DNA from: Octopus vulgaris | Lineage: Eukaryota | Reading direction: 5' to 3' | Length of the DNA: 64,000 nucleotides | NCBI GenBank assembly: GCA_951406725.2 | Contig: OX597815.1 | Coordinates: forward strand, 182,838,001 to 182,902,000 | Part shown: positions 26,261-37,049 of the stretch, piece after piece | How the letters are laid out: each line of letters starts with the position of its first letter | How positions within the stretch are numbered: position 1 is the first letter of the stretch | Position numbers and translations under genes: made by a program | Notes under the pieces: generated by a model | Database searches by the model: none | The model's input: the letters and a program-made list of their open reading frames with translations, nothing else | What the model was told of the DNA's origin: nothing

Positions 26261-27717
26261 ATCACTTTCCCTGTCAGCACTACAGCATGGGACCAGAGGT
26301 AGGACTTGATTATCTGTCCATCTTGGATTCGTAAACCCTTCTCTCCCATTTGTTTCCTCATCTTTAGCTCGGATATCAGGTTCCTCCGGCGAATTCTCTC
26401 TCTTAGTGAGTATTCCTCGCGAAAACCCATATTGGGGTCCTCCCAGGCATGCGTCTGAGCTCTGTTCAGAAAGACTGAAGCCTCCCGATCAGAAGAAAAG
26501 ATTACCCTTATTGGGCGTGGTCTAGAATCTGCGGTTGGGTTCGCTTGGAATCTTCCTAGCCGAGCGACCTTAAGAACACTGACATTTTCGTTCACAGAGA
26601 ACAATTTTCCAACCAAAACGGAAACAAAATTAATGTCATCTTTTAGGCGGTTTATGCCTGTATCACAGGTGGATTCAGCCTTGCCATATATTATTGCCGA
26701 TCTTGAGTGGGCAAAAAGTTCTCTACTATGAGCTGCGGTATTCGATTCTTCATTGGAGGATTTCGAAAGGGTGGTTTCATAGCCATCGGACTTATGTCGG
26801 CCTGTGGGGTCGATCGGAATGGATTTAGTGGTCATAATTTTCCCGCCTGGTTTGGAACTGCACTGCCTCTTCTTCGGTTTGGGGGAGCACCACTCCCCAG
26901 ATGAACCCACATCGAGATCGTTCAGAATTGGTTGAGCAATGGCATTAATGGGAAGGACAAGTGAAGGAGAATCCAAACAGATTTTATCGTGATCAGGTTT
27001 CATAGCCAAATCTGCCCCTCTGGAGTTTTGACTACGTTTCTTCTTTTGGGGAGAACAACGGTCTTCAGGTGGGTTTGAGTCTACGCTCCTCGAACTAGGT
27101 TGGGGAACCTCCGGGACCGAAAAGGCAGATGAGGAAGAATCCGCACAGGAACGATCATGTGCAGGAACGACCGCCGGTTCCTTCGCCTTCTTTGGCCGCT
27201 TCGATTTTGTTCCCTTCGGTTTGGACGTCTCCAGGGAAGAAATCAAGGGTGACCCTGCGTCAACAGGAGACCGTTTATCGTGGTCAGGTTTCATAGCTAA
27301 ATCCGCCCCACTGGAGTTTTGACGACGTTTCTTCTTTTGGGGAGAACAACGGTCTTCAGGTGGGTTTGAGTCTACGCTCCTCAAATTAGGTTGGGGAACC
27401 TCCGGGACCGAAAAGGCAGATGAGGAAGAATCCGCACGGGAACGATCATGTGCAGAAACGACCGCCGGTTCCTTCGCCTTCTTTGGCCGCCTCGATTTTG
27501 GTCCCTTCGGTTTGGACGTCTCCAGGGAAGAAATCAAGGGTGACTCTGCGTCAACAGGAGCCTGTTTATTCAGTAAGAGAGCAACAACAGACTTTAGGTG
27601 CTCAACCCCTTGTTTGAGCAACAGCAACTGTTCGTTGAGCTGACTATTGGTAGGACCATCATCTTGATGAGAAGCCCTACTTGCAGATCTCAGTTTCGAT
27701 GCGTAGGTAGCTGACAT
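26257..27717 (-). CDS. LINE ORF1 protein, 486 aa, with a 97-aa tandem duplication
   Basis: Intact ORF upstream of ORF2. N-terminal heptad-like helix (LNEQLLLLKQGVEHLKSVVALL). The C-terminal IIYG..E...RLG...RPRPIRVIF motif is typical of CR1/L2 ORF1 proteins. Confidence 0.85.
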   Translation of the reverse strand: MSATYASKLRSASRASHQDDGPTNSQLNEQLLLLKQGVEHLKSVVALLLNKQAPVDAESPLISSLETSKPKGPKSRRPKKAKEPAVVSAHDRSRADSSSSAFSVPEVPQPNLRSVDSNPPEDRCSPQKKKRRQNSSGADLAMKPDHDKRSPVDAGSPLISSLETSKPKGTKSKRPKKAKEPAVVPAHDRSCADSSSSAFSVPEVPQPSSRSVDSNPPEDRCSPQKKKRSQNSRGADLAMKPDHDKICLDSPSLVLPINAIAQPILNDLDVGSSGEWCSPKPKKRQCSSKPGGKIMTTKSIPIDPTGRHKSDGYETTLSKSSNEESNTAAHSRELFAHSRSAIIYGKAESTCDTGINRLKDDINFVSVLVGKLFSVNENVSVLKVARLGRFQANPTADSRPRPIRVIFSSDREASVFLNRAQTHAWEDPNMGFREEYSLRERIRRRNLISELKMRKQMGEKGLRIQDGQIIKSYLWSHAVVLTGKVM

Positions 27718-28789
27718 GATGGATGGTTGACTAAAAACAATCTTCTATGGGCTCTAGGACAAATCGGGGTTAAATCAGGAACAAAAAACAGGTGCAATCC
27801 TTGTAGGAGTAGGCAACAGCAGACAAAAACTGAGAGAGTTTGGGCTGAGCCGAATCACAATCCAAGATTGAAAGCAGACGGTGCAACGAGTCGGGAACCC
27901 TTCCTAATTGTCTGAAGCAGCTTTAGGATAAGGGATAGTATGTCCAAACTTTAGAATATTGATATGCATGTAACATGTTCCACACGATTAAATATCATTT
28001 CACGTGCCATTTAGTACTTCAATAATTGCATCTGCGTATGTTTGTATATGTGTGAATACTGTGTTTATGTGCGAGAAGGCACATGTTTTTGTCTATTGTT
28101 AAATTAGATTATTAATTTTTCTTTTTTTTCTCACGTTTTTCCCTTTTAAAGTATTTCTTTTTAAAGTAAATTATACGTTGGAGGGAGGGCTAGGGGTTTG
28201 TTTTTATAGTAAATTCTCTTTTCTCCCAGCACAGAGAAAGAAAGGGATTTTTCGTTGGTGCCACCGGTATAATTCAGACCGGTATAATTCATCGTCAACT
28301 TGAATGTTTCTAATTATAGCGATAGTAGTAACTGCAGTAAATTCTGATAGCAGCAGTAGTAAATAGCTCATAAAGTGAGATGAAGAACGGTTGGTCAAAT
28401 AGAGTTCAAATTGACCGCAACAGTGTTGATGGAACTTGTGAAACAGTGACCTTGACTTTGAGAAAAATCAAAGGAGAGGCCGACTATAAACAGTACTTGT
28501 GAATAGAGTCATGTACGAGCAGAGTGAACTATAAATAGTATTTTTTCTTTTCTTTTTCTTTTTTTTTCTTCTTATTCTCCGCGTGTTTAATAATGCAATT
28601 GCAATAAAAGGTATGTCAAGAAGAAGATAAATGTTAGCTGGTGTTTACGTCCAAACTTTTAGCGTGCATTTAATTGTGGTGTCATACTTTTAGCGTGCAT
28701 TTAATTGTGTTGTTACAATAAAGGCATTTTACATAATCTGATACTCAAGGAAGAGGTGACGGCAAAATGTTCACACAAAAAATGGAGAT

Positions 28790-29520
28790 ATTTATGATTC
28801 TAAAATTTTTGTCCCAAACTGTAGGTTTGGAATTCTTTAACTTATTTTGAGGGAAATTCAAATTACTCACAGAAAGTAGTAGATCTTCCAGTAATTACAG
28901 TTGTTTATCAGTAATCCTGCTGGGTTGTATTTGTTATTCTGTGTCTTCTGTGTCTTCGGCCGCTGACAGGTCAGGAGCGGCGAAAACACGTCAGCCACTG
29001 TGGATTCCTTTACTACATGTTAAAGGATAAAGTAGTCCCTAGTGTTATTGTAACAATAAGGGATGAAGGTGTAACTCTACAACAAGATGACGCATGCGGC
29101 TAAAAAATCCGACTAAAAAATATCCAAGAATGTCGAGTAAGTTTCAAGGCGTTCTGATGGAAAGAATTCTTGCCCCCAACCTTCTTCCAGCGACGTGAAT
29201 CCGACGGACTTTGGCATATAGTCTATTCTTGATAGTAAAGCCCGTGCTAATTCTCACACGTGTCTCAGAGCTCTTGAGCACCATTTATGAAAATGCAGGG
29301 AGGAAATCTCTGAAGAATCTGTTCGTATCTCTTGCTCCCAAGATGTGCCTAGACTCTGGCAGGTAGTCTCTGCCAAGCGTAAATATATTGAAAATTAAAT
29401 ATAGCATCTTAATCTACATTTTCTGGGCTTTATTTGAGCATATTTAAATTTGGTATATCATTTTGAATCGAGATGTTATTTGAATAAATATATGTCTACA
29501 CTTCGTCTGATCACCCTTTA
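28790..29520 (+). mobile_element. Decayed Tc1/mariner (maT/DD37D-like) transposase relic
   Basis: TLQQDDA (cf. FQQDGAP) and PSSSDVNPTDFGI*SILDSK (cf. PPSSPDLNPLDYSIWSIL). Ends in TIR-like ...tctgatcaccctttata. Confidence 0.6.
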
Positions 29521-30739
29521 TATAAGAAAGCTGATCAAGAACATGTGCAGAAATTTTTTGTTATAATATATTCGCTTTTTGCAAGATTGAAGTTCCTACT
29601 TCGATAATATAACTTTATACTTATTTCAACTGCAAAATGTGGGATTGGGGCTCTCGGGACCTGTATATCTATATGGATCGTCTTGTTAGTATTGCGTTCC
29701 AAACATTTAAATCTTGCTACTCCAAAATTTCTTTATACAGTGAACCCATCGGGATTTTCTTCTGTATTTCTTTGTTCGAGAAACTCTACTTAAAATTTTT
29801 TTAGATATTTATAGAAAGTTCGTTTAGTTTATTGAATGCGAAAATCGCAAAAGAAGTATACATACAGCTTTTGTATGTATGGGTATTTATGTATTTATAT
29901 TTAATACCTATATGTATATGGTAGATGAGCGTACATAGTTTGAAATAACGACCAATGTAGCTGACACGGAGAGATAAAGAAATGAACGAATAAGCAAAGA
30001 TTGAAATAAATTCTTAGTCAAAATTATATACATATATATGCATAAAATCAAATTGCTTACTAACTGAATTATATTTCAAATCACATTTTAGTATCACAAA
30101 TATAATTTAGATATTTATATCTTCTTATTTTATTTGCATAGTGAAATATTGATAGCAGTGTGTAGGAGATTGTGCAACGTTCATTGATAGATGAAGGCTT
30201 TTATGTGCAAGAAGGATATTAACCAAACTCAAAGCCAGCCTGCAGCAAGCAGTTTTATCCATGCTGATTACAGCATGTCTAAATAAAGCATAGGAATGGA
30301 TTATGTTCTTTGAACTCATAATAGAGAAACTGGTGGCCAACTCCACACTTGTTTGCAGGGACATTGTTGTCGCAAGTTTCACATAGTGGTTATCCCTGCT
30401 GTTGTATTAAATGATAAAGCCGAAAAGAGTTCGAATATAATAATTATATAGTTAGAAGAGGGAAGGAAGTGGAAGAGAATAGGATTGAAACCAAAGACTA
30501 TGCCGACTCAAGAATAAGGAATTAACGGCTAAATGCAGTGAAAAATGCATGGAGAGCCTTGTAGAGATTTACACATGTATCAAGGGTTAGAAAATGAAAA
30601 ATGTAGAATGCTTTTCTTAATCATAATATTTATTTTGGTAATGACATATATGGATCACGTTGGTCAGTAGGAAACAAGAACAGGGCGGTATAGCATAAAT
30701 GACTTTTAAGCATAGGTTATAATTATATATGTAAATGTC

Positions 30740-31148
30740 TATAGGAGTGGCTGTGTGGTAAGTGGCTTGCTTCCCAACCACATGGTTCCGAGCTCATTCC
30801 CACTGCGTGGCACCTTGGGCAAGTGTCTTCTACTATAGCCTCGGGCCGACCAAAGCCTTGTGAGTGGATTTGGTAGATGGAAACTGAAGGAAGCCCGTCG
30901 TATATATGTATATATATATATGTATGTGTGAATATGTTTGTGTGTCTGTGTTTGTCCCCCTAACATCGCTTGGTGACCGATGGTGGAGTGTTTACATCCC
31001 CGTAACATAGCGGTTCGGCAAAAGAGACCGATAGAATAAGTACTTAGCTTACAAAGAATAAGTCCTGGGGTCGACTTGCTTGACTAAAGGTGGTGCACCA
31101 GCATGGCCTCAGTCAAATGAATGAAACAAGTAAAAGACTAAAAGAGTA
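30740..31148 (+). mobile_element. SINE family B, full length
   Basis: tRNA-like head ggagtggctgtgtggtaag...gttccgagctcattccc, CORE-like ggcaccttgggcaagtgtct, internal (TA)/(TG) tract and tail gaaacaagtaaaaga. Confidence 0.9.
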
Positions 31149-31989
31149 ATTCAGAGAGAGAGAGAGGGGGGGGAGAGACGTGAAAGTATGTTTGCAGAGA
31201 GAAGGTCTCTAATCGTGGGTTAGCGAGAGAGGAAGAATGAGTAAAGGATGAGGGAGAAGTGCCTTTTCTTGGCAGTGCAGTCAGCTATAAAGCTCTATAG
31301 CAATATGGCAATCATTAAAAAAGGTGAGAAAATTAGGTTATTAAGTTTGAAAGAATTTAAAGAAATCACATACGCGCGAGAAGTAGTCATTCGTTTGCAG
31401 TAAATATGGCGGTCCTGACTGCATCCTTAAATGATCCAACGGGGTTTTGATTTGGGGGAAATAACTGTGTCGATGAGTCAATATGTTGTATTATCGTCGT
31501 GTTTTTATTTTCTGTTCTCAACATCATGGCAGTCGCTGGTTGGTTATAAATAATGTCAAGGCTTTTGCGGTGGAGATGTGTTCAACAGTTTTCTACCGGA
31601 GTCTTCTTGCAGATGAGAATCCGGATGGTTGACTATTGAATAGAAGTATTAAAAACATGTAAATATAAACAAATGTTTATGTATAAAAGAGCATGTGTGC
31701 GTGTGCGTCTGTTGAATACAGGTATCTACGAGAGGGAAACAGAAATACAAAATACCTGAAAAAAAAAACCCTTGAGAAGTAAATGAAATGTCAAATCAAT
31801 TTAATTAAAACCACAAAATAAGGTAAGAGAAAAAAAAAAAATGTTTGTGGCAATGTTTATCTGAATATTTTCAGCTGTCGGTGGAATCGTTCAGAGTTAA
31901 GATGATCTGGTTTTTATTGCAAGTTCTGAATGTAAGCCCACTGGAAATGCCTTGTATGTAAACGTTACTGTATTTGTTCTTCAGATGAT

Positions 31990-32146
31990 CGGGTGTGGCT
32001 GTGTGGTAAGGAGCTTGCTTCCTAACCTCATGGTTTTGGGTTCAGTCCCACTACATGGCACTTTTGGCAAGTGTTTTCTACTATAGCCTCAAGCCGACGA
32101 AAGCCTTGTAAGTGGATTTGGTAAATGGAAACTGAAAAAAGCCCAT

Positions 32147-32223
<77 letters not shown>

Positions 32224-32600
32224 TAGCAAAAACTGTCCGACGAACGGGAACGTGAAACTCAGAGTAACAGGTTTTGTTGAATTTTCTGCTGCTTTTAAAT
32301 AAAGCATATTACTCTACCTGGTATTTGAGTGCTCTTTTTTCTACCTTGTTTCACATTTATGTGTTTACTCCGGTATATATATATATATATGTATATGTAT
32401 ATATTTATGTATATATTTATGTATGTGTGTTTGTGTGAGTGTGTGTGTGTTTGTCCCCCACCACCACCACCAACATCACTTAATAACCGATGTTGGTGTG
32501 TTTACGTCCCTGTAACTTAGCATTTCAGCAGAAGAAGCTGATAGAATAAGCACTAGTATTACAAAGAATAAGTCCAGGGGTTTGTTTGCTTGACTAAAGG
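31990..32600 (+). mobile_element. SINE family B copy whose internal (TA)n carries a hammerhead element (32222-32375)
   Basis: The SINE 5' half (31990-32150) and 3' half (~32420-32600) flank the insert. Confidence 0.8.
32228..32275 (+). ncRNA. Minimal type-I hammerhead ribozyme-like motif
   Basis: aaaaacugu-CCGACGA-acg ggaa cgu-GAAA-cuc a gag-UA-acag(g)uuuu. All three stems pair; U4 is replaced by C. Confidence 0.7.
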
Positions 32601-33239
32601 TGAAAAATGGTCATCTGCGTTGTATTTCTTGATATATCGCGAAGATAGATTTTCTGTTTTATAAGAGGCTTACAACTAAGCATTAGTGTTTTCAGTTACT
32701 CTATCTTGAACCAAAAGCTGACACTTCACTGGAAACTGGAAAAACTACATGCTGGTCAAGGAAGCATTGCATTTTGTTGGGGTGAGTTGCACGTACCTTT
32801 TACGATTAGTTGAACGACAGAGAAGCTAATAACATTCCTCACTTTTCATCATCCACACATCGCCGTTTATTTGTTTGTGATATATGTTAGCATTCGGTGT
32901 TAAAACTGGAAAATCGCGTTCTGGTTGCGATGAGATAATTTGAATGTGAATATAACGAGAGAATTATTTGGTAAGGTTATATAAGTAAAACTTGCTGTGC
33001 AGATATTGCGGACAGATTGCAGTTCTGTTCTATCCAGTATAAGTAATTCAGATCTGTATTTATAAAATCAAAGGAGCCCCATATTGTATGGCAATATATA
33101 TAACGTAAATGTGAAGGATAAATATAAGGTTTAGAATGCGTGTTCATCATTGACATATTTATTCAGTTGATAAATAACCGCCTCTAAAAAACACAAAGGC
33201 CACTATGAGTGATTGTTAAACAATGGCTATATTACACAT

Positions 33240-33437
33240 GGCGAAATGCTTATCGGTATTTCGTCTGCCGCTACGTTCTGAGTTCAAATTCCGCCGAGGT
33301 CGACTTTGCCTTTCATCCTTTCAGGGTCGATAAATAAAGTACCAGTTACGCACTGGGGTCGATGTAATCGACTTAATCCCTTTGTCTGTCTTTGTCTGTC
33401 CCCTCTATGTTTAGCCTCTTATGGGAAATAAAGAAAT
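33240..33437 (+). mobile_element. SINE family A, 5'-truncated
   Basis: Same core and tail as the other family A copies. Confidence 0.88.
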
Positions 33438-33968
33438 ATATTACACATGGATGCTCGTGCATATGTATATACTCGTATATTTATATGCGTGTTTATTAAT
33501 TCAAAGAGGGAAAGATACCGAGAGAAAGATTAGAATGATGCATGTCCATATGAGAGAGGAGAAAGGAGACATAAGAGCGAAGGAATTGGTCCACGACATT
33601 GTGATCTAGTATAAAGCCCTGTCACACTTGAGGTTTCTACGAAGGAGAAATCCTAAACTATTTATTAAGCTCGAAATTACTGGAATAACCACGTAGATGA
33701 GTGAAAGGTATTCATTCCAATCGGGGAAAAAGTATTAGTCTCAAAGAAACCCGTATACGTCCAATGAGATACTTTGTATGGTGAAACTGATAAGGTGTTT
33801 TACGAACTCACTTTCCACGAGTTTTCTTTGCTATTTTGTGTAGAATGTCGTGACGGTCACAGATTAGTTACGAATAGTGACAACACTTAACATTCTACAT
33901 GCTTTTAAACAATGGAGTGTAGAACTCTCCCTTACAACCTTGTAAAAGTTTGTATAGGATTACAGTCA

Positions 33969-34062
33969 AGCCATATGCTCGTGGGCATATAGCGTAGTGG
34001 TTAAGAGCGCGAGCTACTAACCCCAAGATTCCGAGTTCGATTCCAGGCAGTGACCTGAATAA

Positions 34063-34110
<48 letters not shown>

Positions 34111-34885
34111 TGGTGATGATGATAAGTACCAGGCAGTGGCTCTCATGGCATCTGATCTTAACTGATTGGAAGTGTTGTCATGTACATTGTTTTGTCTTGG
34201 TATAAAAGATGGGCTACAGCAAATATTCTGCTCAATACCACAGATTTGTTTGTTAGTTGTTTGACTTTAACCAGTTGATCATATCCCTTAGTGTCTGACG
34301 ATATGTGTATCTCTCATCACGAGCAGCAGTAGTGGGAGAGCATCATGGCCATGTGTTGAGAGGGATTCTTTGGGGTTTTAATAATTCACCTCTGGAAACA
34401 TGGGTGTTTCTTTCAACATCCTTAAACAAACCTTATTCAGGGACCTTTTGAGCGGGATGGATTACTCGACCAGAAGAAAATTCTAACTGGGCTCCACCTG
34501 CAAGGTCATGTGCTGTTTATCTTGATATGAGATCACCATGTCACGCACATATGGTTGTGATGCCTGTGTCTGGTGTACCCTTATCAGACGGGTAGTCATG
34601 ATGGGTATACTGGGCTTCGTATATTTTACCCCAGTGTCACTGTGATGATATGTACTGCTCTCTCACTCAATAATAATAATAATAATGATAATAATAATGA
34701 TGATAATAATATCGAAAAATACATTAGGAATAAGAACCCAGGATCGAAATTTCCCCAGGGACACCAGATGAAGGTTGGAAGGTATATCAGCCGAAATGTT
34801 GTGTTAACAACAAACAAGATGAGGACAAATATCCGCCAATTGCAAATAATGTACATAATTCCTCATCTCTTAAATATAGAACTGT
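33969..34885 (+). mobile_element. tRNA-headed SINE with (AAT)n spacer and a 3' hammerhead motif, interrupted by a ~540-bp insert (34126-34668)
   Basis: A-box tagcgtagtggttaagagc and B-box gagttcgattcc (33985-34045). Hammerhead at 34761-34804. Flanking direct repeat attacagtca at 33959-33968 and 34886-34895. Confidence 0.7.
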
Positions 34886-35027
34886 ATTACAGTCAGTTTC
34901 GCCGTAAAATTCGACCGATGCTTCATTTTAGTCAGAAAATTTTGAACTTCATATACAAACGTTGATTTGAAGCGTACAGCCAGTTTGTTTTACATAGTCA
35001 CGATATCTGAATTGAAACATTTTAGCT

Positions 35028-35442
35028 GACTGTATGGTAAGAAGTTTGCTTCTGATTCACACGGTTCCGAGTTCGGTCACACTCCATGGCACCTTGACAA
35101 GTCTCTTCTACTATAACCTCGAACCGATCATAGCGTTGTGAGTGGATTTGTTTGAGAGAAACTAACAAAAGCCCGTCATATATATATGTGTGTGTGTGTG
35201 CGCGTGTGTTTGTGTGTGTGTGTGTGTATGTGTGTGTCTTTGTGTTTGTGTTTGTCCCCCACCACCGCTTGACAACCGATGTTGGTGTGTTTACCTCCTC
35301 GTAACTTACTGGTTCTGTAAAAGAGCGAGATATAATAAGTACTAGGTTTTAAAACAAGTAAGAAGTGCTGGAGTCGATTCGTTCCACTTAAATTATAGAA
35401 GGCGGTACCCCAGCATGACCGCAGTCTAATAACTGAAACAGG
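35028..35442 (+). mobile_element. SINE family B, diverged copy
   Basis: Collinear with 30740-31148. Confidence 0.82.
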
Positions 35443-36304
35443 TAACACAGAAAATATAAAATTACACACAGAGACTCAATCATAAAGTTTTCTTATCCAT
35501 TCGTGGACACATAGGTGTTAAAAGAGATTATCGTCTACATAAACATTTACTTTATTTATACATTTTCAACAATTTCTTGTTGTGCAGTCTTTGAATAAAT
35601 TCCAATATAGAGAAAAGATGGCAGGCAATTAGGCTACTAATGAAAAAATCTATTTGTGATATATTTAATATTTATGTTTCCAAACTTGTTATTAAATTTC
35701 AGGTGTTCAAACGGATAAAATCTTAATTACTTGATTTCACGTCACAGTAAACAGGAATTGATGTTTCAGAACATAGTGAATCTAAAATATTAGATTAGTC
35801 AATTTTGTTATTACTGATTTAACTTTCGATATTTGTTTGTGTTTTTCTTTTGACTAAAATATTTGCAATCGCATGTTAGTCAGGATCTCAATTAGTTAGA
35901 TATATTCGCATGATAAACTTTTGATATTAAAATAAATATCATTGCTTCAAATGTAGAACATAGAAGTATAAGTAATCATAGCTTTATTTCATAGGGAAGA
36001 TAATCAGATTACAATGGATTGGTAGTATTGTTAGGGCACCGGCCAAAATGCTTTGTGCTATTTAGCTACGGACCTCAAGTTCCGTACTCAAACTAAGCCA
36101 ACATAGAATTCCAAGAGTCAAAAACCGAAAATCGATATAATTGAGTGATTACTCACCCAAAATTTTGGCCTTGAGTCTCACCTGTGTAAGAAATCATTAC
36201 AGTGGCTAAAATTATTTCGTGCAAATCAATGCAAATTACAATTTCCTGGTATATTGATACATTCTGAGTTTGTATGTGAACTCTTTCTCTCTTTCTCTCT
36301 CTCC

Positions 36305-36355
<51 letters not shown>

Positions 36356-36789
36356 TAATCCAAACATGAAAGCACAAAATAAACACAACAACGCCAGGAC
36401 GTGGAACAAATATAATATTATTGGGGAAAGAAGGAAAGAAGGAGGGTTTAACGTTTCGAGCGGAGCTCTTCGTTGGAAGCATAGGAGAAGGAAAGATCCA
36501 GAGAAGGGAAGACAGAGGGAAAAAAATCGCCAACGGTACACACGCGGTCACATCTTGAATATATATATATATATATATATAGATAGATAGATGAATAATC
36601 TTGTTGCAGATTAATCAAAAGTTTAACCGATACCTTGGTAGCAAAAATCACAGCAGAAGAAAGCACGGTCGGAGATAAAACCATTTGGTGTTGCAACCGT
36701 GCGTTGGTGCGGATAATTGAATTTTAATATTATTAGTGAATTGAAGAAATGGAGTTGAACGAAGATTGAACAGAATTCCTTTTATTGCA

Positions 36790-36869
36790 TTCTACACATG
36801 TTTCAAAAGCCACAATTTTCCAAATTCTGATTAAATAAGGATACCATATTGTGGCTTTCTCTTCAGGAA
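36790..36869 (-). ncRNA. Type-I hammerhead ribozyme with canonical core (minus-strand arm)
   Basis: Same motif, with a fully paired 12-bp stem II (GAAAGCCACAAU/AUUGUGGCUUUU, terminal G-U). Confidence 0.8.
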
Positions 36870-36969
36870 AAAAATAGGAATTCCGTTGGCAGAACAAAAC
36901 AGAACAGAGGCGCAGCAAAGCAATTTGAACGAAGAGGCTCTTTAAGAGCCCATGGCTGAACTTTTTTTT

Positions 36970-37049
36970 TTCCTGAAGAGAAAGCCACAATATGGTATCC
37001 TTATTTAATCAGAATTTGGAAAATTGTGGCATTTGAAACATGTGTAGAA
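36970..37049 (+). ncRNA. Type-I hammerhead ribozyme with canonical core (plus-strand arm)
   Basis: uuc-CUGAAGA-GAAAGCCACAAU...AUUGUGGCAUUU-GAAA-CAUGUG-UA-gaa. Predicted cleavage is 3' of 37046. Confidence 0.8.

Larger units (their letters stand above)
23292..27940 (-). mobile_element. Near full-length CR1-group LINE (ORF1 plus APE-RT ORF2) with (CTAA)n 3' tail
   Basis: Block visibly richer in GC than the flanks, with two ORFs and a short 3' UTR. The tail reads (GTTA)n on the plus strand at 23292-23315. The 5' boundary is approximate. Confidence 0.93.

Noticed and set aside
23356-27915. Plus-strand ORFs of 60-173 aa inside the LINE
   Set aside because: Antisense open frames expected in GC-richer coding DNA; no recognisable domains.
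23283-27948. 9-bp inverted match (tttggacat / atgtccaaa) flanking the LINE, as if TIRs
   Set aside because: LINEs make direct TSDs, the match is short and the 5' boundary is uncertain. Treated as chance; no clear direct TSD was found.
28222-28500. Possible host exon after the acceptor-like ttctcttttctcccag
   Set aside because: No sustained ORF, clear donor site or recognisable protein motif.
33983-34055. Possible tRNA gene
   Set aside because: A/B boxes are present but the acceptor and anticodon stems do not close; it is a SINE head. The same applies to the 55.4-kb head.
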